Shown here in pieces: positions 27,034 to 36,628 of a stretch of DNA of 64,000 nt. Below the pieces are notes generated by a model. That model had not been told where the DNA came from. It did no database searches and saw only the letters and a list, made by a program, of their open reading frames with translations. The position numbers were made by a program, and so were the translations under genes. Every line of letters starts with the position of its first letter. Within the stretch, counting starts at the first letter, position 1. The stretch is taken from IMG/VR virus record IMGVR_UViG_3300042013_000065; one strand, 5' to 3'. Source of the stretch: a virus.

Positions 27034-27841
27034 TTTCGTTTTCCTTCAGAGCTTCTTCGTACCGGGCACCGCACGCATCCAACTGTTTCATTGCTGCTTT
27101 ACGGCGCTTCTTGATCGACTTCAATTCTTGCTTGCAAATCTGCGCGTGGGTTTTGCCATCTTCCCGTGCAAATTTGTAGCGAATGTCTAAGCCCCACGCC
27201 AGCGCAGAACGTACAGGGTTTCTGTCCCACACATGCGCTTCGTCAATGACCATATGCGAGCGCATCATTTCAGAATAGTTATCCTTCATGATTTTTATGC
27301 CACGCGGATTCGTAATCAACGGTCGAAAGTTTTTCAGAGTGTGCGCTTCGATGTCGAAAGCCACATCACCGTGAATGCCAATGCCGAGGTCGAGCGGTTT
27401 GCAGCTATCGAGTTCCATAACAACATATGGCAACGTTTGAACATGACGCAGCGCTTCTTCTTGATGCGGATAAAGACGCGGAACAAAGCGTGGCATGTCT
27501 TTCATTGCCCGCATGCGTGCGACTTCGCCTTCAAAAATGTACGGCAGGTTGTCGTGGCCTACAACAATTGGCAACAGGGCGTGCATACGCTCTTCAGCAG
27601 CCGAATAATCAAACGTCATTTCGTCATGAAAACCCCGGCGAAAATCTGCAAGGTGTTCGTATGGGTTGAACGGTGCACGCACGCGGTCGATTTGTTCACG
27701 CGTGGAGAAAACAAGTTCTGCGTCTGGATACTTTTCGCGGATGGCGATCATTGGATCAATGCCGGTTGCTTTCCTGCTCGCTTCCAGCACTTCGCTATCC
27801 AGCAAAACAGCGTTACCTCTGGTGCGGCTTTTGTAAGTCAT
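27023..27841 (-). CDS. Hypothetical protein carrying isolated PolA/SF2-helicase/exonuclease-like motifs
   Basis: FDYSAAEERMHA, LYPHQEEAL, VAFDIEA, MVIDEAH. Confidence 0.6.
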   Translation of the reverse strand: MTYKSRTRGNAVLLDSEVLEASRKATGIDPMIAIREKYPDAELVFSTREQIDRVRAPFNPYEHLADFRRGFHDEMTFDYSAAEERMHALLPIVVGHDNLPYIFEGEVARMRAMKDMPRFVPRLYPHQEEALRHVQTLPYVVMELDSCKPLDLGIGIHGDVAFDIEAHTLKNFRPLITNPRGIKIMKDNYSEMMRSHMVIDEAHVWDRNPVRSALAWGLDIRYKFAREDGKTHAQICKQELKSIKKRRKAAMKQLDACGARYEEALKENENVR

Positions 27842-28059
27842 TTTGCTGCCTTCGCTTTCAGTTTGGCTTCAGCCGGGGCCACGTTCTTTGCCAGTGCGCG
27901 AGACGCATCAGCGAAAAGCTTTTGGCGTTTGCGAATTTCAACCTTCGCATATTCCATGTTCAATGCGGCCATGATTTGTGCTGCGGTCTTACCGCTCTTC
28001 GCCAACATGACCATGGATTTTTGCACGTCGAGAACCGTAACCTTGATTACGCCTTTCAT
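27838..28059 (-). CDS. Small basic, possible HTH protein
   Basis: SGKTAAQIMAALNMEYAKV. Confidence 0.5.
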   Translation of the reverse strand: MKGVIKVTVLDVQKSMVMLAKSGKTAAQIMAALNMEYAKVEIRKRQKLFADASRALAKNVAPAEAKLKAKAAK

Positions 28060-28439
28060 ACCTTGAATTCCTTACGCAGTTGCGCGACCACACGACGGAA
28101 TGTATCGGCGTACAGTGACACAGAACCGTTTGGATTTTTCCTGAAGTATTTGTCGAACTGCGACTCAGGTAACATGATGTTGATATAAGCCACGCCACGC
28201 GCTTTCCGTTTGACATTGACTTTGGATTCAGTGAGGCGAACGATTTCCTCGGCCAGTTCCACGATGCTGTCAGATTGAAACGTGCCGTCGTCACCCGCGT
28301 TGAACACTACCAGTTTTTCTTTCACTTCGAACGCGTACACTTGGCGAGCCAGTGCGCCTGCGTCGGTCGGCTGCATGGCCGTCATAACCAGTGCGCCAAG
28401 ATCGAGGACTTGCAACGCGAATTCTTTTTCCGGGGCCAT
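28056..28439 (-). CDS. Hypothetical protein
   Basis: Start MAPEK with GGAG RBS. Confidence 0.6.
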   Translation of the reverse strand: MAPEKEFALQVLDLGALVMTAMQPTDAGALARQVYAFEVKEKLVVFNAGDDGTFQSDSIVELAEEIVRLTESKVNVKRKARGVAYINIMLPESQFDKYFRKNPNGSVSLYADTFRRVVAQLRKEFKV

Positions 28440-28485
28440 ACAATTCTCCAAAGTAAATGCGGCTGGAACACCCAACCGCACTATT

Positions 28486-28992
28486 TCACTTTTTCTTCTT
28501 TTTCTTTTCAGTCAGCTTGTGTGCTTTACAAGCTTTCCAAATATCTACGCCAATCATGCTGTCACGAAATTCCGTTGTCAGAATGCCGTACTGATCACCG
28601 CCTTTACCTGCTGCGTTCACGCCCCAAAAATCATCCCACTCAGCAAGGTGCGAAAGTTTTGCTTTTCCCGTATTCATCAGCGCAATCAAACGCCACGGGT
28701 TTTGCATGTACGATTCGCGAATGCCGATACGCATGATGTCGAAACGTTCAACGTCATGTTTGCTTGAAGGTTTGCCACCAGCTTTCTTGCTACCAAAATG
28801 CTTGGCTTTGTACGGATCGAACGCTGCGAGAATTTTCCCGCGCAATTCTGTTTCCGTTTTATCCAGCTTTCGGAATTGATAATACGCTTCGATGCTTTTG
28901 TACACCGTGCCTTTATACATAAAAGGCGCAGGCCACATCGCCGAGAAAATTTCATTCTCGTATGAATTAAACAGAATTACCTGTTTACTCAT
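28486..28992 (-). CDS. NADAR (YbiA-like) family protein
   Basis: FS.M.P.PF...G..Y.SIEAYYQ..K...I.....P..AK..G...L..TG...L....D.FWG. Confidence 0.85.
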   Translation of the reverse strand: MSKQVILFNSYENEIFSAMWPAPFMYKGTVYKSIEAYYQFRKLDKTETELRGKILAAFDPYKAKHFGSKKAGGKPSSKHDVERFDIMRIGIRESYMQNPWRLIALMNTGKAKLSHLAEWDDFWGVNAAGKGGDQYGILTTEFRDSMIGVDIWKACKAHKLTEKKKKKK

Positions 28993-29708
28993 TAGTCACA
29001 ACCACCGCCGCCACCGCCGCCCGAATCACCGCCGTAACTGCCGCTATCCGGGGAACTATAGGACGGCTCCGACCGGGTAGGCTCAGGGGCGCAATATGCA
29101 GGCTCAGAGCGTTGTTCCGGCGTGCTGTACGTCTCACGGTAGGTATGGCAAGCCGCCTCAGAGCGCGTAGGGGCGCTATCAGAAGCCAACACCGTGTGCA
29201 GAACTGCCGCCTGCATCAAAAGGCCGCTACCGCCGTCTTGTGGGGTACTGCCGACTTGCCCGCTAGTGGCATGCGCGCCGCTGTTCGGTGCCACGTAACC
29301 ACGACCACGACCCTGTACGTCACGGCCCAATTGTTGAGCGCGTTCCGGTTTAATCAGAACCGGTTCCGGTGTGAAATGCGCTGCGCGTGCATTACGTCGA
29401 TCCTCACGCGCATTTTCTTGAATGCTGTAAGCAGCCAATTCGCTTTCCAGATCGCGAATACGAACTTTCAACAAACCGATTTCGTCGAGGTGCTTTCCTT
29501 CTTGCTCCAGAACTTTCTCCGGTTGCAAATCATTTACCGCTTGGCGCAGAAGATCCAAATCTTCTTCTTTGCTTTCGAGGTACGCATTGCGGATGTTTAC
29601 TTCTTCGATCCAGTGAGCGCGACCGAACAAACGATCCCAAAAAGAAGCCGTGTAACGTACACCGTGTTTGTGTCCGCTCATGATACTTTCACCGTGGTAT
29701 TCAGACAT
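28992..29708 (-). CDS. Coiled-coil protein with Gly/Ser-rich C-terminal tail
   Basis: SFWDRLFG; ends SYSSPDSGSYGGDSGGGGGGGCD. Confidence 0.65.
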   Translation of the reverse strand: MSEYHGESIMSGHKHGVRYTASFWDRLFGRAHWIEEVNIRNAYLESKEEDLDLLRQAVNDLQPEKVLEQEGKHLDEIGLLKVRIRDLESELAAYSIQENAREDRRNARAAHFTPEPVLIKPERAQQLGRDVQGRGRGYVAPNSGAHATSGQVGSTPQDGGSGLLMQAAVLHTVLASDSAPTRSEAACHTYRETYSTPEQRSEPAYCAPEPTRSEPSYSSPDSGSYGGDSGGGGGGGCD

Positions 29709-29771
29709 GTTTTATTTCCATGTACCCATGTGAGAAAAGGCGCCTACCAAAATTGATAAGCGCCCGCGTTT

Positions 29772-30554
29772 TTACACCACGTGACCGGGCAGGTAACGCA
29801 GCAGATCGTATTTCGGGTTTGGAGCATCAGCATTACACAGATGGAAAGCAAACAGCAGCGACCAGCTTTCGAAAGTCACGTTCGGGTAAGTTGCGCCGAT
29901 GTCTTGAATGCGTACAGGCGGAACGAAGTCGATAACTTCTTCGCCGCTGGAAACGGTCACGCCTTCTTTCAACTTGATGCGCAGGGCCATTGCAAAATGC
30001 AGACGGCCAACCGGATCGCTGTTGTCGAAAATGATACCTTCGAAATGCAGCGTGGCAATATTTGCAAAAATCTGCAAATCAGTCGCCACGTCGCCGCTCA
30101 GGCCGACACGAATGCCATTCACGTAAACGGCGCATTCTTCGAAGAATTCGCGCACCACGTTATGCAGAACGGTTTGGCGCAAATCAATTACGCTTTTGTG
30201 TGCGACGATATCAACGAAGTCGGTGTGCCCACCAACGCCGATGCTGCCACGGCCTTGCAAATCGCTTTCGCCATTGCCTTCGCGAGAACGCATGTAAGGG
30301 TTGATCGTGTCGTCGTAGTTTTCCACAACGAAATAATTCAACCACTGCGAATAGTCGCGGTCGCCTTTGTGGCTTTCGCCCCACGGACGGTATTCGTCGA
30401 GGTGGTTACGCTGGCGAATAACCACACCGCTTTGAACCAGTGTCAGAAACTCTTCGAAATTGAATTGCGGATTGAAGCCTTCGCGAATTCCGATTTGCAG
30501 AAAAGTTTCACGGCTCAGAGCCAAGATGAATTCCGGGTATTTGTATTGAGACAT
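29772..30554 (-). CDS. Nudix-fold phosphoesterase (COG4112/YmaB-like)
   Basis: Y.R...GE..L.G..SIGVGGH...RE..EE...DNS.PVG..H. Confidence 0.8.
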   Translation of the reverse strand: MSQYKYPEFILALSRETFLQIGIREGFNPQFNFEEFLTLVQSGVVIRQRNHLDEYRPWGESHKGDRDYSQWLNYFVVENYDDTINPYMRSREGNGESDLQGRGSIGVGGHTDFVDIVAHKSVIDLRQTVLHNVVREFFEECAVYVNGIRVGLSGDVATDLQIFANIATLHFEGIIFDNSDPVGRLHFAMALRIKLKEGVTVSSGEEVIDFVPPVRIQDIGATYPNVTFESWSLLFAFHLCNADAPNPKYDLLRYLPGHVV

Positions 30555-30569
30555 GTGCGTCAGGTTTCC

Positions 30570-31052
30570 TTATTGGGGCATGATGTAGTTTTGAATGGAT
30601 ACAGCGTGAATGCTGTAGTTCTTTACAGTCTCGCCGAGTGGGTCATTGATGTTCACACCCATACGGAAACGCTTACCGTTATTCCCGGCGCCGAAGGTGT
30701 TCATTTCAACGGCACACATCAGCGGCGCATCCAGAAAGATTGCGATGTTCGTTCCAGCTTCACCGGTAGGGTTCAGCTTTTCCAGCAGCCGTGGCAAAGC
30801 ACGTGGTGTAGTCAGATGCGGGCCAGCACGCAACGCAGCTTCTGCTTTTTCTTTGTCGAGGTTTTCGTCGCTAACGTCGATGCCTTTCGCAATCAAAACA
30901 CGCTGTGCAATTTGCAGCAGATTGTCTTCGTCGTTCACGAAAATTGTTTCGTGTCCGGTCTTCTCTTTGTGCGCCATCGCTGCCGCAAGAATCGAAGCAG
31001 TTTTACCGCTGTGCGTATGCCCGTTAACGATCAATTCTGGATAGCGAATCAT
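30570..31052 (-). CDS. Truncated RecA/DnaB-like P-loop protein
   Basis: LIVNGHTHSGKT (Walker A), IFVNDED (H1a-like), IAQRVL, IFLD (Walker B); only 160 aa. Confidence 0.55.
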   Translation of the reverse strand: MIRYPELIVNGHTHSGKTASILAAAMAHKEKTGHETIFVNDEDNLLQIAQRVLIAKGIDVSDENLDKEKAEAALRAGPHLTTPRALPRLLEKLNPTGEAGTNIAIFLDAPLMCAVEMNTFGAGNNGKRFRMGVNINDPLGETVKNYSIHAVSIQNYIMPQ

Positions 31053-31345
31053 GAAAACTCCAAATCGTGTTTTGTTAGTTGGCCGTCTACGTATTCCGTC
31101 AATTCAGCAAACGCTTCAAGGTAACGTTTACGCAATTGGTGGAAACGTGGATCTACGATTGTCGCGGAACTGCTACCGTCCCAACTTGAGAAATCGACGA
31201 CGGCGTAATGCAGGCTGATTTGACTCGCCATGCGGCGTGCTGAATAGACATCCCAATCAACCGATACAGCAGGTTGCTCAGGCGCTTTTACGTACTCGAC
31301 GCCGTGAATGTACACACCCATGCACGGCTTTTCATTTCCAGACAT
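31049..31345 (-). CDS. Hypothetical protein
   Basis: Coupled ORF. Confidence 0.6.
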   Translation of the reverse strand: MSGNEKPCMGVYIHGVEYVKAPEQPAVSVDWDVYSARRMASQISLHYAVVDFSSWDGSSSATIVDPRFHQLRKRYLEAFAELTEYVDGQLTKHDLEFS

Positions 31346-31357
31346 AACACACTCACT

Positions 31358-31891
31358 TTACAGTTTTTTGTAGTTGTCCCACGCGGCCACGTAAGCCGTA
31401 TGCAACTCAGCGTGAACGAAATGCTCGGCGCCGAAACGTTCTTCTGCCTTGATCACCATGTACGACAAATCGTCGAGTGGTTCCAGCATTTCCTCTTTGG
31501 ACAATCCCGCAAACGCTTTAGGGATTTCAGCAATGACGTGTTCCAACACTTTGCGTTGATCACCCGCTTTATCAGGCCACGCCAAATTGCAGTCCAACAA
31601 TGCGCGACCGTAATACACAACTGTATAGTAGTCGAGTGCACGCATAGCCCCGCCGCCGTATCCAGCTTTGGTAAAAGCGTCTTCAGGACTGGAACCGGTG
31701 CTGATTGTCATGTCACCGGAACCGTTCCAGAAAAACCAGTAGGTGCGCAGTTCGTTGAATTCAGCGCGCCCACTTTCCAACTGTTCCAAAAGCTCTTTGG
31801 CGCGTGCGTGCAATGCAGCACGGTTTGCTGGCTCACCTTCGCCTTCTGCAAAACTCAAATACGTTTCGATGCTTTTCAGGAAATCTTTCAT
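31358..31891 (-). CDS. Hypothetical protein
   Basis: DAFTKAGYGGGAMRALDYY motif. Confidence 0.65.
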   Translation of the reverse strand: MKDFLKSIETYLSFAEGEGEPANRAALHARAKELLEQLESGRAEFNELRTYWFFWNGSGDMTISTGSSPEDAFTKAGYGGGAMRALDYYTVVYYGRALLDCNLAWPDKAGDQRKVLEHVIAEIPKAFAGLSKEEMLEPLDDLSYMVIKAEERFGAEHFVHAELHTAYVAAWDNYKKL

Positions 31892-33285
31892 GACTTCACC
31901 GGAACTCGATCAAGTGGGACGTTGACGGTGTGGTATTCTTTTTCGCGAGTTTCCGCACCGATTTTCAGGCCGAACGAATTCAGCAAATCGCGATTGGTTG
32001 TGTACGAAACCTCTTCACACTCAATCGACATTCTCTTCGTCGGGGTTTTCGGGTTCCAGTAACGACTGTTCCAGATGTCGTTCAATTTGTGGCACGTTAC
32101 GCTGGCGGTCAACTGCTTTTCCGACATGTTCACATTCTTCGGCAGTTTTTGACCTTCCTGCGTAATCAGATCGTTACGACTGTACCGAATGGAACGGACT
32201 TGCTGCATGTCGTCTTTGTCGTGGTTGAAACCTTCCACGCGATAATTGATCGAAATGTAGTGGGTACTCGACCGGTAATGCGGCAACTCTTTTCTGTCGG
32301 TGATGAAATTGCATTCCGAATGAGAGAACGCAATTTCAGGAATGTTGAAACACGCCATCGTACGCAGTCGCGCCACCTCTTTGCAGATTGCCAACACGTC
32401 AGCAATCACGCCGCATTGATCGTGTTCGTATTTGCCGGAAACCCACGTGGCGTAGAATGGAACCGGTTTGTCATCCTTGCCTTGAAGCCATTCAACCAGC
32501 GCCGACACTTTCAACATGGTGCCGCTGAAAGTAATGGTGATGCCTTCGAACGAATACGCCACGCCATGTTTGGTCGGAGTCTTTTCAAAAGCGAGGCCGC
32601 TTTCGATCAACATTTTTTCCATGGTGACTTTGTGTGGGTTTTCACGTTTCGAACGGGCAACACTTTGTTCGTAACTCGGTGGCGTGAAACTCATATCGCC
32701 ACTTTCCAGCAATTCGTTTTCGGTGAATTTAACCACCGGGATTTCTTGCCCTTCGACAACGGCAGTGCCTGCGCTTTCGATCACGGTTTCTTTCAGCTCA
32801 ACCGGTGCGTCTTTCGGGTTGAACTTCTTCCCACGCTTTGGAGCCGCTACACGTTGCACAATGCCGCTAGGGGCCTTTGCCGCACCCGCGCTAACGGTCA
32901 CAGCGACATCGCTGCCCTGTGAGCCTGTCAGGCCGCGTACAGCTTCGGAGAAACGACGGTCGGCGCGGTTGGTTTCGTCAGGCGACAGCGCCGGGGTGAA
33001 GTTGGTCAGGATGTCTTTCACGTGCAGCCAGTCGGCACACTGTTTTTCGTTGATTTCGTGAAGCACTTTCCATTTGCCTGCAAACTCTTCGGCAATCGTA
33101 ATGGATTTGGTGTTGAACGAAACTTTGAAATCGCGGCGTACGACTTTAGTGTCGGGCCAGCGTTCATTGTTGTAGACCAACGAAGTGCCGTAGCGGGTTT
33201 TCACTTCCGACCACATGCCTGCGTATTGAACGATTGCCAGACGTTCTTCGACAAAGATTTTTGCTTTCTGAATATTGAGGTTCAT
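31888..33285 (-). CDS. Hypothetical protein (465 aa)
   Basis: GGAG RBS; long ORF. Confidence 0.75.
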   Translation of the reverse strand: MNLNIQKAKIFVEERLAIVQYAGMWSEVKTRYGTSLVYNNERWPDTKVVRRDFKVSFNTKSITIAEEFAGKWKVLHEINEKQCADWLHVKDILTNFTPALSPDETNRADRRFSEAVRGLTGSQGSDVAVTVSAGAAKAPSGIVQRVAAPKRGKKFNPKDAPVELKETVIESAGTAVVEGQEIPVVKFTENELLESGDMSFTPPSYEQSVARSKRENPHKVTMEKMLIESGLAFEKTPTKHGVAYSFEGITITFSGTMLKVSALVEWLQGKDDKPVPFYATWVSGKYEHDQCGVIADVLAICKEVARLRTMACFNIPEIAFSHSECNFITDRKELPHYRSSTHYISINYRVEGFNHDKDDMQQVRSIRYSRNDLITQEGQKLPKNVNMSEKQLTASVTCHKLNDIWNSRYWNPKTPTKRMSIECEEVSYTTNRDLLNSFGLKIGAETREKEYHTVNVPLDRVPVKS

Positions 33286-33290
33286 GGTTT

Positions 33291-34352
33291 TTACTCCGGC
33301 TTCCAGACAGTGGCTTTGGTTGCGTTAAGCATTTTTTCGATATACACAACGAACGCATCAAAATCACGCACAGCCTGAAGCGTTGCGGTGACAAGTTTGC
33401 CGCCCAAATCAAAGTTGGCAACGACGCTGCGTTCTACGAAGTGCACGCTGATTTTGCTGTCGAGTTTGAAAGCTACAAGTACGTCACCTTCAATTTCGAT
33501 GTCATGCACGGACGAATCAAGTTGCTGTGCAATCGAACGGAACATACGCTCGCCAACAAACGGGCCTTGCACCGGGCGTACGTCGCGCAGCAAATCAATC
33601 ACAAGGTCTTTCGTGCTGTCGAGTTTGGTTCGCCAGTTGCTTTCGCCTTTGCTGTTTCGCACAGTGAGGCGAGTTGCGTTAACCGTGATTTTGGAACCGT
33701 TGTGGAAATCGTACACGGTCGCTTTAGGCCCGTGGATTTCGCTATACGGTCTTTTGCTGAAGTAGTTAATCACTTCGCGCACTTGTTCGTTTGCCTGTTC
33801 ACGGAAACTTTTTACAGGCGGTGGCGGTTCGTCGTTTACGTCCGGCGCAATGTAACCAACCATGGCCGAAGGGAAACGCGTTTTGAAATCGTACAACGCA
33901 CGTTCCGGGTCTTCCATGTTCAGGCCGTTTTCCAGTTCGCCGAGAATTTCGCAATCCCAATCGGAAAGGCTACTCGACGGGAACGGATCACAAACCGTTT
34001 GCGGTTCACCGTCCACGTTGATCGCCAGACCGCCACGAACGCAAAGCATGGAAATTCGTTTTTCGAAGAAAGCGAGCAACGATTGTTCCCGGAATTGCGC
34101 ATCGGGTTTCATGATCACCACAACGTCAACGATTTTGTATTCGTTGCGAACCCCGGCCAGATAATCAGCCAGCATATAAGCCAGCGTATCAGGATCGTAG
34201 GTTTCGACCGAATCAACTTCACGCGGAACGATGGTGCCGTATTCACGCGGGTAAATTCGTGCGTAAGCATCAACGCGGGTGTAAGCGAAAGACGGCAGTT
34301 CGTTTTCAGGAACGTTCAAACGAATGTCGTAAAACTCTTCAAAGGCTTGCAT
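33291..34352 (-). CDS. Hypothetical protein
   Basis: Start MQAFEE with GAGG RBS. Confidence 0.75.
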   Translation of the reverse strand: MQAFEEFYDIRLNVPENELPSFAYTRVDAYARIYPREYGTIVPREVDSVETYDPDTLAYMLADYLAGVRNEYKIVDVVVIMKPDAQFREQSLLAFFEKRISMLCVRGGLAINVDGEPQTVCDPFPSSSLSDWDCEILGELENGLNMEDPERALYDFKTRFPSAMVGYIAPDVNDEPPPPVKSFREQANEQVREVINYFSKRPYSEIHGPKATVYDFHNGSKITVNATRLTVRNSKGESNWRTKLDSTKDLVIDLLRDVRPVQGPFVGERMFRSIAQQLDSSVHDIEIEGDVLVAFKLDSKISVHFVERSVVANFDLGGKLVTATLQAVRDFDAFVVYIEKMLNATKATVWKPE

Positions 34353-34779
34353 CTTTGCTTTCCTCAACCAATTGTTTTTCGGCATCACCGAAATACGATT
34401 CCATGCTGTCAGCGAATTTGTTCGCTTCGGCCCGCGTGGTGTATTTGTTGCCGAGCGCCACACCGTGACCGCGCCCGTGTTCCTGCAAATCAGTAGGCGG
34501 GATAATCCGCACGAACCAATGAACGCCGTTGCTATAAACGTGCGCCCAACGTGGTTCAGTTTTGCGCACGTGCGTGTGAAGCGCGTCAGGATCGGTGTTA
34601 GTGAATCCGCTGATTTTGAGCTTCAACATTTCACTGTCGTTTGCAGGACGCAGCGCATATTCCAGCTCAGAGAAATCACGACACATCACAACCTTTTGAC
34701 AGCAAGGCGAAGCAAACCACGGTTCAACCATAGCAGCCGGTGGAATTTCTTCGTTGCAGTAGGGGCAATTATGCTCCAT
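34339..34779 (-). CDS. Hypothetical protein with N-terminal Zn-ribbon-like motif
   Basis: CPYC...PCC. Confidence 0.6.
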   Translation of the reverse strand: MEHNCPYCNEEIPPAAMVEPWFASPCCQKVVMCRDFSELEYALRPANDSEMLKLKISGFTNTDPDALHTHVRKTEPRWAHVYSNGVHWFVRIIPPTDLQEHGRGHGVALGNKYTTRAEANKFADSMESYFGDAEKQLVEESKDASL

Positions 34780-35116
34780 GAGGTTCTGCCTTCAATTCAG
34801 CTTCCAGATTATTCGCCATCACAGAACCGGCGAACATACCGGAACGAACGACAGCGCGTTTTGCCAGCGTCAAAGCGTATTGGTGTTTTTCCTGAGTCTG
34901 TTTCGACTTCGGCACCAAATCCAGCAGCATCACCACAGCGGTTTCCGCATCGGTGCGCATTTCGTTCACGCTTTCGTAACGGTTCTGCATGCCTCGGGTG
35001 CAACGCTCAATCACACGCGTCTGCATTTCCGGGTACTGCGTCACCAGCACTTCTACCATGTTCAGAATTTGCATCTGTTCATCGTAGGTCATGTGTTTTT
35101 TGATTTCGCGTTGCAT
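34769..35116 (-). CDS. Hypothetical protein
   Basis: AAGGA RBS. Confidence 0.6.
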   Translation of the reverse strand: MQREIKKHMTYDEQMQILNMVEVLVTQYPEMQTRVIERCTRGMQNRYESVNEMRTDAETAVVMLLDLVPKSKQTQEKHQYALTLAKRAVVRSGMFAGSVMANNLEAELKAEPHGA

Positions 35117-35127
35117 TTCCGAATTCC

Positions 35128-35382
35128 TTATTTGCTTTCTTTGACGATGGCAGGAGGGTTGCCTACGTACGGCATTTCGAACACCGGGTTCAGTTGCGGT
35201 TTGCGTGTGTCGGTCGGCTCTACGCTAAACGACATGGAAGCAGAATCGTAAAACGCTTTTGCATTGAAGCTGTGCGTCTTCTCACGGCCTTTTGGAATGT
35301 TCACAGTCATCGGGCGATCCTCGTTAGATTTGGAATGCTGCCACATGAATACAACGTCGGCCATTTCGCGAAAGTCACTCAT
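35128..35382 (-). CDS. Hypothetical protein
   Basis: Start MSDFREM coupled to the upstream small gene. Confidence 0.55.
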   Translation of the reverse strand: MSDFREMADVVFMWQHSKSNEDRPMTVNIPKGREKTHSFNAKAFYDSASMSFSVEPTDTRKPQLNPVFEMPYVGNPPAIVKESK

Positions 35383-35552
35383 GCGACCGGCCCTTGGAAA
35401 AAGTATAGGGCACTTATGATAGCGCCCCAAAAATACCAGCCACACACCACGTGTGCCGAAGCGCCGCGCTTGTTAATGTCGCGATGAATTTGGAACCAGC
35501 GAATAACAGTGATAATTAAGCACACAACAAAAACAATTACGGCGGACATCAT
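35379..35552 (-). CDS. Small two-TM membrane protein (57 aa, not in ORF track)
   Basis: MMSAVIVFVVCLIITVIRW...WYFWGAIISALYFFQGPVA*; ATGA overlaps at both ends. Confidence 0.65.
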   Translation of the reverse strand: MMSAVIVFVVCLIITVIRWFQIHRDINKRGASAHVVCGWYFWGAIISALYFFQGPVA

Positions 35553-35929
35553 GATTCGTTATATTCCTGTAGGAAACGATTTCGTAGTTCTATGGCTTCG
35601 GCTAATTTACGCTCCCAATTGGCTTCATAGGTATTGTCGTTTCCTATGTGAACCATTTGAGGACGGCCAGTGTTTGGATTGCAGACAGCGAAACGGTGCT
35701 TAATCTCTCGCTTGTCTTTCACGGTGTAATGCGTGATGCCTACCGGTGTAGGACTTTGTTTGTTGCTGCGTGGTGCGGTTTCCGTTTTTCTTCGCGGGCG
35801 TTTGTCGGCGTCTTCTTTGATTGCTCGAAAAGCTTTCACAGAGTCGCCGAAATCTTCATCAAGATAAACCGCCTCAACGTCGTAGGTTGCGCACCAGCCG
35901 TTATCGGAGTCGTTACGTTTTATGCTCAT
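35549..35929 (-). CDS. Possible AP2-like DNA-binding protein
   Basis: PVGI....beta strands...AEAIELRN C-terminal helix. Confidence 0.4.
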   Translation of the reverse strand: MSIKRNDSDNGWCATYDVEAVYLDEDFGDSVKAFRAIKEDADKRPRRKTETAPRSNKQSPTPVGITHYTVKDKREIKHRFAVCNPNTGRPQMVHIGNDNTYEANWERKLAEAIELRNRFLQEYNES

Positions 35930-36593
35930 GGTTGTACATATAAATAATCACCTCTGTTGCTGGAATTACAGCGCGTAGGAACTGGCCTTCATTTACAAAT
36001 TGCAGGCCGCTTTCTTTGATGTCGTCTTGCAAGTGAAACCCGATACCGGGGCACGTGCTGTCAAACGTCAGAATGTGCACACCATGCCAAAGCTGTGTCA
36101 GCACGTACGAACGCCCACACAGCACCAGCTTGTTACGGCGGCTGTCGAAGCTCACAAGCTGTTTAGGCGTTTCGACGTACACATAGCGCGCTTCTTCAGG
36201 AACGACGCTGAAATCGAATCCTGCGGCCTTCAGGATAGCGTTGCTCTCCTTATTCGGCATAACCATTTCTTGCGCCCACCGGGCAATCTTGCTCAGCGTG
36301 AAACCGGCTGCGCGCAGTTCTTTCTTGCGGGTGGTGGCGTAGTAGGCAACCAACGCCCGTTTCCATTCGTTGTGCAAATCTTTCTGACCCACGAACGCCA
36401 TCAGCATGACGTTGTAATCAGGAAAATATTTCCCTGTTGCAAAGGCCAACAATTCGGCCTTTGCTTGTTCTTCTGAAATCTTGCGGGTGCTTGCGTAATC
36501 GCGGATCGAAAAATACTGACCCGCTGCCTTGCGCATCGAATGTTTGAATATCATAAAGCTCCTTAAACGAGGGACAATGAAACTGTCCCTCAT
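35913..36593 (-). CDS. Hypothetical protein
   Basis: 226-aa ORF. Confidence 0.65.
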   Translation of the reverse strand: MRDSFIVPRLRSFMIFKHSMRKAAGQYFSIRDYASTRKISEEQAKAELLAFATGKYFPDYNVMLMAFVGQKDLHNEWKRALVAYYATTRKKELRAAGFTLSKIARWAQEMVMPNKESNAILKAAGFDFSVVPEEARYVYVETPKQLVSFDSRRNKLVLCGRSYVLTQLWHGVHILTFDSTCPGIGFHLQDDIKESGLQFVNEGQFLRAVIPATEVIIYMYNHEHKT

Positions 36594-36628
36594 TCTTTAC
36601 AGTTTAAAATTCCGTGTTTGGTTTGGCG

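Noticed and set aside
27023-27841. Calling this a DEAH helicase or DNA polymerase
   Set aside because: No Walker A and no room for complete domains
29001-29035. (CCG/CCA)n microsatellite
   Set aside because: Simply encodes the poly-Gly tail
29781-31124. 447-aa + strand ORF
   Set aside because: Antisense to genes with clear motifs
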